Assembly (NCBI GenBank): GCA_963822585.1
Contig: CAWGIE010000031.1
Location: forward strand, 128,001 to 192,000
Direction: 5' to 3'
Source: an uncultured bacterium
Lineage (GTDB): Bacteria > Auribacterota > Erginobacteria > Erginobacterales > Erginobacteraceae
Length of the DNA stretch: 64,000 nt
Made by a program: the position numbers and the translations under genes
Notes under the pieces: generated by a model
Seen by the model: only the letters and a program-made list of their open reading frames with translations
What the model was told of the DNA's origin: nothing
Databases searched by the model: none
Shown: positions 49,372-58,496 of the stretch, piece by piece
How the letters are laid out: the number at the start of each line of letters is the position of its first letter
Position numbering within the stretch: the stretch's first letter is position 1

Positions 49372-49583
49372 TTCCAGCTTCGGAATTTTAATAACGTAGT
49401 GTGAAATGAAAGGTGGAAAGTGTAAAATTTCATTACACTTTACACTTTAAACTTTACACTACAAGTTGCGCCGGAGGCGCTAACTTGCTGTTTCGGAATT
49501 TCAATAAATCGGGCCGACACAGCGGTCGGCACCTACGTAGGGGAGGGCCGCCGTGCCCTCCCTCAGTTGCGAAGCTAAGTTCT
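49372..49583 (+). repeat. Double intergenic scaffold with two different palindromic cargos
   Basis: TTCGGAATTT(T/C)AATAA at 49379 and 49492; cargos at 49396-49462 and 49511-49562. Confidence 0.85.
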
Positions 49584-51410
49584 ATGCGCTTACCAGTTCT
49601 CAATGATAATACCAAGATTATCCTATCTCTGCTCCTTCTGATCGGCGCCGGGATAGCGGCCTATGGCAATAGCTTTTCCGGAGCGTTTGTCTTCGATGAT
49701 GTCAAGGCGATTGTTGAGAACACCCACCTATGGCGGTTGTTGCCTCTGCAAGAATCTCTCACCGGACCCTGGGACAGCGCCGTACGGGACCGGCCGATTG
49801 TCAGCCTTACCCTGGCGTTGAATTATGCAGCCGGGGGATTGCGTACCGGGGGGTATCATCTTTTTAATCTGGCCGTTCATATCATTGCCGGGTTGACCCT
49901 TTTCGGCCTCTTACGCCGCACCTTTCTCAGTCCCGTCCTCTCGAACCGTTATCACCGGGCATCCGTTGGCTTGTCCCTGGCGATTTCTCTGATCTGGATT
50001 GTCCATCCCTTGCAGACGGGAAGCGTTACGTACATCATCCAACGCAGTGAATCACTGGGCGCTCTTTTTTATCTTCTCACTCTCTACTTTTTTGCCCGGG
50101 GACAGGCCGGCCGGCGCCCCCGTTTCTGGTTTGTCCTCTCCGTTCTCGCCTGCGCTTTCGGGATGGGGACAAAGGCGATGATGATCACGGCTCCCCTGCT
50201 GGTGCTGGCTTACGATGCCGTCTTTTGCTCTCGATCCCTCCGGAAGGCCATAACCGATCACCGCATTCTTTACCTGGCGCTGGCGGGGACCTGGATCATA
50301 GAGGCAGCGATCGTCTTCTCTACCCGGTATGACGATCTGAAAGGGCTGAGCACGCTGGCGTATCTTTTCACCCAGCCCGGTGTGATCTGCCACTACCTTT
50401 GGCTCTCTTTCTGGCCCCATCCCCTCTGTCTCGATTACGGCTGGCCTCTGAGCCGGAGCGTGGCGGGGATCCTTCTCCCTTCCCTGGCGGTGGGTATACT
50501 TTTATCCGCGGTTATTTTCAGCCTTTACAAGCGCCCGGCACTGGGTTTTTTAGGGATCTGGTTTTTTCTTATTCTCGCTCCCACGTCAAGCATTCTTCCT
50601 CTGGAAGACCCCGCTTTTGAGCACCGGATGTATCTGCCCCTGGCGGCGGTGATTACCGGGTGCATGGTGGGGATCTTTGAGCTGCTGCGGAAGATCTCTA
50701 CCGTGATCATCCGGATCGGCGCGGCGGTGATCCTCCTGACGGCGGTGTCGTTGCTTTTCATCGCCCTCACCCGGGACCGTAATCGGATCTACCGGGATCC
50801 TCTCTTACTCTGGGAAGACGTGATGGTTCAACGGCCTGGCCACGCCCGTGCTCATTACAATTATGGACTGGAGCTGATCAAGAGGGGACGGAGGGAAGAA
50901 GCCATCCGGGAATATCGGGCAGCGGTCTCCCTCAAACCAGACTACGCTGATGCCTATAATAATTTGGGCGCGGCCGTGGCGGAAAAAGGCGAGTTCCTGC
51001 GGGCGATCGCCTACTACACCAGGGCCCTGGAGAAGCAGCCTGATTTCTGGAGAGCCCGTTACAACATGGGTATCGCTTTTCTTGCTCTCGGAAAAGAAAA
51101 AGAAGCCCTGGCCTGTTTCAGCAGGGTTCTCGATCAGCAACCGGACTGCGCCCCGGCTTTTTACCAGGAGGCAATTCTTTTCGCCAAGCAGGGGAAACGA
51201 GGCCGGGCGATCGTATATTATCGGCAGGCTGTCGCCCTGAATCCGGAATACCGACAGGCAATGCTCAACTACGGGGTCGAACTGGCCAACAGCGGCGAGC
51301 GGGAATCCGCTCTTCTCTGCTTTAAATCCCTTCTCTCGATATTTCCGAAATATCAACCCGCTCTGGAGGCGCTGCGAGTAGTGCAGCATGATCTAAAAAA
51401 TACCCGATAA
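49584..51410 (+). CDS. TMTC-like membrane protein with C-terminal TPR repeats (putative protein O-glycosyltransferase)
   Basis: FVFDD, RPIVSLT, HLFNL..H, HPLQT.SV.YI.QR, EHRMYLP, then TPRs. Start trimmed to ATG 49584. Confidence 0.85.
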   Translation: MRLPVLNDNTKIILSLLLLIGAGIAAYGNSFSGAFVFDDVKAIVENTHLWRLLPLQESLTGPWDSAVRDRPIVSLTLALNYAAGGLRTGGYHLFNLAVHIIAGLTLFGLLRRTFLSPVLSNRYHRASVGLSLAISLIWIVHPLQTGSVTYIIQRSESLGALFYLLTLYFFARGQAGRRPRFWFVLSVLACAFGMGTKAMMITAPLLVLAYDAVFCSRSLRKAITDHRILYLALAGTWIIEAAIVFSTRYDDLKGLSTLAYLFTQPGVICHYLWLSFWPHPLCLDYGWPLSRSVAGILLPSLAVGILLSAVIFSLYKRPALGFLGIWFFLILAPTSSILPLEDPAFEHRMYLPLAAVITGCMVGIFELLRKISTVIIRIGAAVILLTAVSLLFIALTRDRNRIYRDPLLLWEDVMVQRPGHARAHYNYGLELIKRGRREEAIREYRAAVSLKPDYADAYNNLGAAVAEKGEFLRAIAYYTRALEKQPDFWRARYNMGIAFLALGKEKEALACFSRVLDQQPDCAPAFYQEAILFAKQGKRGRAIVYYRQAVALNPEYRQAMLNYGVELANSGERESALLCFKSLLSIFPKYQPALEALRVVQHDLKNTR

Positions 51411-51543
51411 AGGGAAGAAATTCCCAAAAACTTCCTTCTTGCCCGGCAAATACTGCCCACTGCCTTTTGAAGCATCATCCGTTTTGATCTTTCGGAAAAT
51501 GTATTCGGCGTCACGGGAACGTAATTACGATGACATTAAAAGT

Positions 51544-51559
51544 TGGCATATATTTTGCA
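51544..51559 (+). promoter_or_regulatory. sigma54 -24/-12 promoter candidate
   Basis: TGGCAT-N5-TTGCA with canonical GG-N10-GC spacing. Confidence 0.55.
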
Positions 51560-51596
51560 TGGCAATCAGATAAATAAAGATTAATCGGTCCAGCCA

Positions 51597-51624
51597 TTGA
51601 CATCAGGTATGGTTGTGTTATCTT
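51597..51624 (+). promoter_or_regulatory. sigma70 promoter candidate
   Basis: TTGACA-N16-TATCTT with an extended TG. Confidence 0.4.
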
Positions 51625-51856
51625 TATTGTACGGAGGAGTAGGTAAAACTATTTTTCAGATTACTTCTTGCGGCACAAAACAATAAGGATTTTTGCCAGC
51701 AGGACGCTCAAAAGGGGAAAAGCATCCTCTGCTCTGACTGGCGGCCGCGAAATTTCAATAAATATTTATAAGGATGACAACTGCGGGCTCCGGCCCGCGC
51801 AATATGCCCTAACTTCATAATAGTTCATAACCAATCTCCATTTCGAGGAGGAGAAA

Positions 51857-54800
51857 ATGAAACTTTTTCACTTCACGGCAGCCATAACGGTCCTGCTTTC
51901 TCTCATTGTTGCCCCGGCTTTTGGGGCCTCCCCCCATCCCCTGGACACCCCGGCCATCAACTTTCAGGGACGGATCGAGGTCGGCGATGTCGGATACACC
52001 GGGTGGTCGAAGTTCACTTTCACGATCGGGAATGAGGGCTTTTCCACCGTCTACTGGGGATCCTGGGCGGAAACGACCTGTACCGAGGGCATCTACAACG
52101 TGATCCTGGGGCGTGATACCGACACCCCCCTGACCGATGCCGTCTTTAACCACCAGGACGCCTATTACCTTCGGGTGGGTTTCTCGACTGATGGAACTAA
52201 TTTTGAGACCCTCTCCCCCGATCAGGAGATCGTTACCGTCCCCTTCTCTGTCAATTCCGATCGATTGGATGGCCTGGACAGCCCCGACAGCGCGATCGTG
52301 GGTATCAGCGATACCCAGACCTTGACCGATAAAACCCTGACGGCGCCGATCCTGACCCGGCCGATCATGGACAGCACCTACTTCACCGTCCAGCCGGCGG
52401 CACTCCCGACCAACCCGGCCGAGGGGTACATCGCCTACGACAACGCCAGCGACACGCTGCAGTATTATGCTCCCGGTGGCTGGGTCACCCTGACCGGGGC
52501 GGGGGGCGGCGCCGTGCTCGGCTCGGGGGCCGATACCCAGGTCGCTTACTGGACCGCGGCGGATACCGTCGCCGGGGAGGCCGCCCTTACCTACGACTAC
52601 ACCAATGACAAGCTCACCGCCACCTCCGGGGCGACCACCGGCCAAGCGCTTCAGGTCGTGGCCGACTCCCTGACCACCGGGACCGCCCTGGACGTCTCAT
52701 CGGCCGCCGGTGAGGACGCCACCTATCAGCTCGTCACCTTCACCGCCGCTACCGGGCAGGCCCTGGTCGTTACCCATACCGGGGGGGTGGGGGCCGGTCA
52801 CGAATCGGTCCTGATCGACCGCAACAACAACGGCCGGGCCCTGACCGTCGAAGGGGACGTCACCACCCAGAAACTTGCTTACCTGACCGATCAAAGCTCG
52901 ATCACCAGCGGGAATATCCTCTGGCTCCATGCCGGCAATACCGCCTTTGACGCCGGCGGCTCGATACTTTACGTCAATGCCGCCAGCAATCAGGGAGCGG
53001 GGAAAGGGATAACCGTCATTCAGCGGTCCAGCGGGGACGGGATCTACGTCAGCAAATCGGCCACCGCCGCCGTGGGGATGGCGGCGCGTTTCAACCAGGC
53101 AACCGACTCCGGGGACGGCACGCTGGATGACGACGAAGGGGGAACCGTCCATATCTACAATAACCAGCCAAACTACGCCCTGACGGTCTATTCTCCCAGC
53201 AGCCTCAACCCCAGCAAGCCTCTGGTCGCTTATAAGTCGCTCTCGACCAATTTCGACCAGCCGATTCTCGAACTCTTTCCCGCCGCCGGGAGCGAAGCCC
53301 CTCCTCTGTACCTGCACCCGCTCTCCGGAGCCCCGGACGGGGTTGAAGGCGGACCTCAACAGGGCATGATCTATGTGAACAGCACCAATAAGGGCCTCTA
53401 CTATTACAACGGGGCCGACTGGCTCGCCCTGACCGCCAGCACCGGCGGAACTGGCACCTTCGCCACGGTAGAGCTGGATAATCTCTCCGGTGTGGCGATC
53501 AACACCAGCCTGCTGCCGACGGATGACGGGGTGACCGTTGACCTGGGGAGTTCGGCGAAATCGTTCAAGGACGCTTACATCGACGGGACCGCCGCGATTG
53601 CCACCGTCGACATCAACGCCGGGAATATCGACGGAACGCTGATCGGGGCGAGCGCCCCCTCCTCCGCCGAGTTTACCAGTATGACCGCCGATATCATCGG
53701 CCTGGATGCGGACGGAGCAGCGGCAAACCCGGCCCTCACCTGGGACGCGGATCAAGATACGGGATTTTATCGGATTGCCGCTAACAGCATCGGGATTGCT
53801 AACGCCGGCACCCTGATGGCGACCTTTGACGGCACCGGCCATTTTATTCTGAGCCAGAACGGATCGAACACCAACCCGATCGTCTCCCTGGGGGGCGAGA
53901 GCAACACCGGTATCTACCAGGCTGACAATGAGAACATCGACTTCACGAACGTCGGAACCCGGCGTTTCTCGATGCGTTCATCCGGGATTTTTCGCCTGAT
54001 CGGGGCGGCCGCCGTGCCGGCCGCCGCCGCCTCTAATGCGGGGGGGATCTTCTGGGACAGCGACGATAACGCTTTAATGTACAGCGACGGTTCGAAATGG
54101 ACAAAACTGACCGGCCTCAGTGCCGGCGGCCAGCTCCCGGCTTACGGCACCGCCGGCAACATGCTGCGGGACAGCGGGGCAGCCTGGGTCACCACCGGCG
54201 GGATGACCGAGGACGGCTCCGGAAACGTGGTCATCGGGGCCAGCTTAAGCGTCTCGGACGGCAATATCACCAACGTCGGCGATATCGCTCTCGATTCCAT
54301 CTCCGGGGAGAGCACCAACGCCATCCAGATCGGGGACGGAGACGATACCATCACTATCAATGACGACTGGACCGCGGCGGGGCAGACCTGCGCCGACCTG
54401 GGAACTGTCACCACCGCGACCATCTCACAGCTGGCCGGCGCCATGGACGCCAACAACCAGGCGATCACTAACGTAGACATTAACAGCGGCGCGATCGACG
54501 GCGCCACCGTCGGCGCCGCCTCCGCCTCTACCGGCGCCTTCACCACTCTGGCCGCCAACAGCACCGTTAACTTTGACGGCGGCACCTTCACCTTCAACGA
54601 CACCGGCGCCGACCTGGACGCCCGATTCGAGGGCAACGGAGACGCCAACCTCCTCTTCCTGGATGCAAGCCTGAAGACCATTGGCATCGGGACGGGTACT
54701 GCGAACACTGCTAAAGTGACTGTTCAGACTACCGACAACAGAGACGGCATCCGCGTCGATCAGGATGATACCGGAGACGCGATTAAGATCGACCAGGTCG

Positions 54801-55633
54801 GAGCCGGCAATTCCATTGAAATCACTCACGCCGCCACCGCCACCGATGAGGCGGTCTATATCACCAACAATGAGGCCGACCAGGCCTTCTTTATCGATCA
54901 GGTGGGGAATATCGGCAACAGCACGGTGGACAACGATGACGGCGGGGCGATTCACGTTTACAACCATGGCAACTTGGGCAGCGCCATCACCGCCTATGGC
55001 AACGACGACGCCGCCACCGCGCCCCTGGTCTGGCTTCGGGGCGGCAGCAACTTCGACGAGCAACCGGTCGTCCGGATCCAGGGCGACAGCTCCACGGGAC
55101 CGGTACCGTTGTACCTTGATCCCCAGACCAGCGTCGCCGCCGCCTTTAATAGCATGACCGGAGCCATCTACGCCGATACCGACGGGTCGCTCTACTATAA
55201 CAACGGATCCAGCTGGGGGTCGCTCAATACCACCGGGGACTTCCCCGAAGTGATGGAAGCGGTAAAACAGTATACAGCCTATGAAAACGGCGACGTAGTC
55301 GTCCAGTCCAGCATCCCGCTGGCTGTCGATCATTCCGGCGAACCGTACGAGAACGCCATCGTCGGCGTGGTCAGCGACGGGAAGGTCAAGCTCGACCGCG
55401 ACCTCCCCCAGAACGACTACCGGATCGTGATTGCGTGCATCGGCCTGGTGCGTTGCAAGGTGACGAATGAAGGCGGCCCGATTATGCCCGGCGACAAGCT
55501 GGTCTCCAGCTCCACCCCCGGCTACGCCATGAAGGCCGATATGGAGAAGCTCCGGGCCTGGCAGATCGTCGGTACTGCCCGCGAGCCGTTTGCCGACGAT
55601 GCGGGCCTGATCGAGATCATGGTGGGGAAATAG
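51857..55633 (+). CDS. Secreted tail-fibre-like adhesin with putative C-terminal intramolecular chaperone (Peptidase G2-like)
   Basis: GAGGAG RBS and signal peptide; INFQGR..YNVILG..TVPFS N-module; G/T/A/D-rich repeats; C-terminal DFPE..GVVS..GPIMPGDKLVSSSTPGYAMKA..IVG.A.E. Confidence 0.7.
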   Translation: MKLFHFTAAITVLLSLIVAPAFGASPHPLDTPAINFQGRIEVGDVGYTGWSKFTFTIGNEGFSTVYWGSWAETTCTEGIYNVILGRDTDTPLTDAVFNHQDAYYLRVGFSTDGTNFETLSPDQEIVTVPFSVNSDRLDGLDSPDSAIVGISDTQTLTDKTLTAPILTRPIMDSTYFTVQPAALPTNPAEGYIAYDNASDTLQYYAPGGWVTLTGAGGGAVLGSGADTQVAYWTAADTVAGEAALTYDYTNDKLTATSGATTGQALQVVADSLTTGTALDVSSAAGEDATYQLVTFTAATGQALVVTHTGGVGAGHESVLIDRNNNGRALTVEGDVTTQKLAYLTDQSSITSGNILWLHAGNTAFDAGGSILYVNAASNQGAGKGITVIQRSSGDGIYVSKSATAAVGMAARFNQATDSGDGTLDDDEGGTVHIYNNQPNYALTVYSPSSLNPSKPLVAYKSLSTNFDQPILELFPAAGSEAPPLYLHPLSGAPDGVEGGPQQGMIYVNSTNKGLYYYNGADWLALTASTGGTGTFATVELDNLSGVAINTSLLPTDDGVTVDLGSSAKSFKDAYIDGTAAIATVDINAGNIDGTLIGASAPSSAEFTSMTADIIGLDADGAAANPALTWDADQDTGFYRIAANSIGIANAGTLMATFDGTGHFILSQNGSNTNPIVSLGGESNTGIYQADNENIDFTNVGTRRFSMRSSGIFRLIGAAAVPAAAASNAGGIFWDSDDNALMYSDGSKWTKLTGLSAGGQLPAYGTAGNMLRDSGAAWVTTGGMTEDGSGNVVIGASLSVSDGNITNVGDIALDSISGESTNAIQIGDGDDTITINDDWTAAGQTCADLGTVTTATISQLAGAMDANNQAITNVDINSGAIDGATVGAASASTGAFTTLAANSTVNFDGGTFTFNDTGADLDARFEGNGDANLLFLDASLKTIGIGTGTANTAKVTVQTTDNRDGIRVDQDDTGDAIKIDQVGAGNSIEITHAATATDEAVYITNNEADQAFFIDQVGNIGNSTVDNDDGGAIHVYNHGNLGSAITAYGNDDAATAPLVWLRGGSNFDEQPVVRIQGDSSTGPVPLYLDPQTSVAAAFNSMTGAIYADTDGSLYYNNGSSWGSLNTTGDFPEVMEAVKQYTAYENGDVVVQSSIPLAVDHSGEPYENAIVGVVSDGKVKLDRDLPQNDYRIVIACIGLVRCKVTNEGGPIMPGDKLVSSSTPGYAMKADMEKLRAWQIVGTAREPFADDAGLIEIMVGK

Positions 55634-55636
55634 GCG

Positions 55637-55728
55637 TATCGGAGTAACAAATTAACGCCTTTGGCGCAACCTCGTAGTGCAGGACTTTAGTCCTGCCTTC
55701 GTTGGACACGGCTAAGGCCCTGCACTAC
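55637..55728 (-). repeat. GTAG-type REP doublet (55674-55728) with adjacent scaffold hairpin, reversed
   Basis: gtagtgcaggactttagtcctgc...gccctgcactac; similar to 60389-60480. Confidence 0.8.
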
Positions 55729-55801
55729 AATATACATATATTAGTTAAAACACCGATCTCAGAAACGGAAATAACTACTATTTTCCCAAAGGAAAAATAG
55801 T

Positions 55802-56161
55802 ATGGGAATGGTATACGTAAAATTAAAATTAGCCAATCCGGCCAAGCCGGAACAGAAAGCCGAAGTTGAATTCTTAGTTGATTCAGGCGCGGTTTATTCC
55901 CTGGTCCCGAAAGAAATCTTATCCAAGCTGGGGATCATGCCTCATTCAAAAAAATCATTTACCCTGGCGGATGGCCGGGTTATCGAGAGAAGGATAGGCG
56001 ATGCTTTATTTTTCTATCAGGGAGCACGGGGGGCTGCCCCGGTCGTCTTCGGACAGAAAGGCGATAGTTGTTTGCTGGGATCGGTTACCTTGGAAGCACT
56101 GGGCCTGGTTTTGAACTCATTTAAACGGGAGCTGACACCGTTGCCGATGTTATTGGCCTAA
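55802..56161 (+). CDS. Clan AA (retropepsin-like) aspartic protease
   Basis: FLVDSGA, LADG, LLGSVTLEALGL. Confidence 0.85.
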   Translation: MGMVYVKLKLANPAKPEQKAEVEFLVDSGAVYSLVPKEILSKLGIMPHSKKSFTLADGRVIERRIGDALFFYQGARGAAPVVFGQKGDSCLLGSVTLEALGLVLNSFKRELTPLPMLLA

Positions 56162-56368
56162 CCCGATTAATTTTCATAAATCGGGTTAGTTTTGAACCAT
56201 GACAAAAGGAAAAAGAATGGCGAAAGAATAGCGAAATCCATAATGAATAATAATGAAGGGGCCGAGGCAGGGGAAAATAATCTATGTTCATCTGTGTAAA
56301 CTTGTGGTGAGCAGAGTCGAATCCATCTGTGGACTAAAAAGGGGCCGAGGGTAGGGTAATTCGCAGCC

Positions 56369-58099
56369 ATGAAGAATTGGTGGACACTACCGATGATGAT
56401 GATGATCGCGTCTTCCGTCAGGGGCGCCTATCCCAAGATGGAGTCCAGCAGCTTCATCATCACCAGTTCCGAGTTCAGCTCGATGGGGAAGTACAAAGTC
56501 TCGGCGTCGTTTGACACCTGGGACACCCTCGGCCAGCCGTCCCCGATCGGCGCTTACTCCCCGGGGGCCGACCTGGGGGGCAGCAACAGCGGCTCGGGCT
56601 GGATCTACACCATCAACCTTCCGGTCTGGTGGGACAAGGACCACGACCGCGATGGGATGCCCCTTTCATTTGAAGAGCAGTTCGCCACCTGGAACGGTCA
56701 TACCATGTCGGATTATAATCCCTATGATGCCAGCGAGGACTGGGATGGCGACGGCTTCACCAACATCCAGGAATTCCTCTCCCGGAGCGACCCCACCGAC
56801 GACGCCTCTTTCCTCCAGTTCACCGATATCCGTCTGGTTACCTCCCAGGGGCGCCCTCTGCTCGCCTGGTGGTCCGCCACCACCGAGCTACTCGGCTTCG
56901 AGGCCGACTACCCCGATTATCCCCGATCGCTCGGTTTTGAAATCCTTTACGCCGACTGGCCGGTCCAGTCCCAGGCCGCCCTTCAGATGCCGAATGAGGA
57001 CTGGTTCAACCAGACCGGCCCCTGGCAGCCCGTCTCCGGCGCCACCGGACTCACAAGGGATGGGGACTTTAATACCTACACCGAAACCATTGCCGGGGGG
57101 GAGATGAACAACGGGGACATCCGATTCTACCGGCTGGCGATCGGGGGGACCTGGGACCAGGGTGAGCCGGACTGGGGAAGCGCGAGTTATTACACCGATG
57201 TCGGCGATCCCCGCCTCTGCAGCACGGTCGCCCGGGAGGTCCTCATGATTCAGAAGAAGGCGATATCCGCCGGCGAGGATTATTTATTTGCCGCCCTGGC
57301 CGGTGTTACAACGGGCGGTGACGGCAAACTCAATTATGTCCTGGGAGAGGAGTTCTTCCCCGCCGGGTTGGTGCCGCCCAATTCGACTAATTTTAATATA
57401 TGGCAAACCCCGTCGGGGACGTTCACCATCGATTATCTGGAGAGCGGCGGCGGCTGGCGCGCGGACGGCGGAGCTCCTTCCACCAGAAAAGTGATCGCCA
57501 ACAACGGATTCCGCATGCTCTTCAAGCCCGCGCTCGCCTCTTCTCTCAACTATTATGCCGGTGCCCAGCTCAAGATGGACAGTTACTATCACGACATCTA
57601 TTCGCGGGACTGGAATGGTCAGACCGTCCGCCCGGGCGACGCGGCCTGGGATTCCTACACCTGCAACCAGGTCACCTTTCTCTCGCTCAACTTCCCGGTT
57701 GAGACCCGCTTCATCGGCGGTCTCACCCCCGAATTCCCCCATCTGGCCGGGAGCACAAGCCCCGTTGATCCCGGCGGTGCGGCGTTCGAGAGCGACTGGG
57801 TCATCTTCTACAACCGCGACCTTTCCGCGCGGGGGGCGGGATCCGATGTGACCGCGGTCATCTATTACGATCACGCCACCGGGGCCGGCCACGATCGTTG
57901 GGAGTATTTTCTGCCCTTATCTCTGTTCGGGGCGGAAGTGAATACCGAACTGGTATTTTCGCCCGGCTCCCCGGTCCTGATCTCGCAGTACTGGAACCCG
58001 AACGATCCCTCAACATGGTCCTCCTTCACGACCGGAGACAGCGTGCCCTATCAGAGCGGGGGGACAAACGATATTGAAACGTATCTGAAAGTACGGTAG
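56369..58099 (+). CDS. Secreted protein with DxDxDG Ca-binding (thrombospondin-3-like) motifs
   Basis: Probable signal peptide; DHDRDGMP, DWDGDGFTNIQEF..DPTD. Confidence 0.65.
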   Translation: MKNWWTLPMMMMIASSVRGAYPKMESSSFIITSSEFSSMGKYKVSASFDTWDTLGQPSPIGAYSPGADLGGSNSGSGWIYTINLPVWWDKDHDRDGMPLSFEEQFATWNGHTMSDYNPYDASEDWDGDGFTNIQEFLSRSDPTDDASFLQFTDIRLVTSQGRPLLAWWSATTELLGFEADYPDYPRSLGFEILYADWPVQSQAALQMPNEDWFNQTGPWQPVSGATGLTRDGDFNTYTETIAGGEMNNGDIRFYRLAIGGTWDQGEPDWGSASYYTDVGDPRLCSTVAREVLMIQKKAISAGEDYLFAALAGVTTGGDGKLNYVLGEEFFPAGLVPPNSTNFNIWQTPSGTFTIDYLESGGGWRADGGAPSTRKVIANNGFRMLFKPALASSLNYYAGAQLKMDSYYHDIYSRDWNGQTVRPGDAAWDSYTCNQVTFLSLNFPVETRFIGGLTPEFPHLAGSTSPVDPGGAAFESDWVIFYNRDLSARGAGSDVTAVIYYDHATGAGHDRWEYFLPLSLFGAEVNTELVFSPGSPVLISQYWNPNDPSTWSSFTTGDSVPYQSGGTNDIETYLKVR

Positions 58100-58118
58100 C
58101 GCCCAAGGCGCGACCGTA

Positions 58119-58447
58119 CTGTTTCGCAATTTTCAGCCCGAGGCTGATGCGCCTCTGGCGCACAATAAATGTTATTCAAATGGTAACCGCCCCGTATTAG
58201 GCGGGGCGTAATATTGCGCACCCTGAAGGGTGCGGCTACTTAAAGTTAGCGCGAAGCGTTCAGTTCCTGCTTCGGAATTTCAATAATCTTATTTTTCCTC
58301 CGGAAAAATAAGAATGTGCAAGCATTCAACCGACAATGCAGGGATATTTTAAAGAAAATTCGTGTAATCCTTCGGCTACGCTCAGGACAAGTTTCGCGTA
58401 ATTCGTAGTTCTATTGAGTTGCCCGAGCGGAGCGAGGGCTAAGTTCT
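58119..58447 (+). repeat. Mosaic intergenic scaffold with several nested hairpins
   Basis: Scaffold motifs at 58119 (interrupted), 58242-58286 and 58418-58447; REP gcgcaccctgaagggtgcggctac; hairpin at 58287-58313. Confidence 0.75.
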
Positions 58448-58496
58448 AAATGAACAAACTGAGTGACCCCGGATTCAATAAGGAATCGACAATAAA

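Noticed and set aside
49413..49583. N-terminal extension of the TMTC-like ORF
   Set aside because: It translates through repeat elements; ATG 49584 is the more plausible start.
51857..55633. Prophage
   Set aside because: The protein has a signal peptide and no capsid, terminase or integrase genes are nearby.
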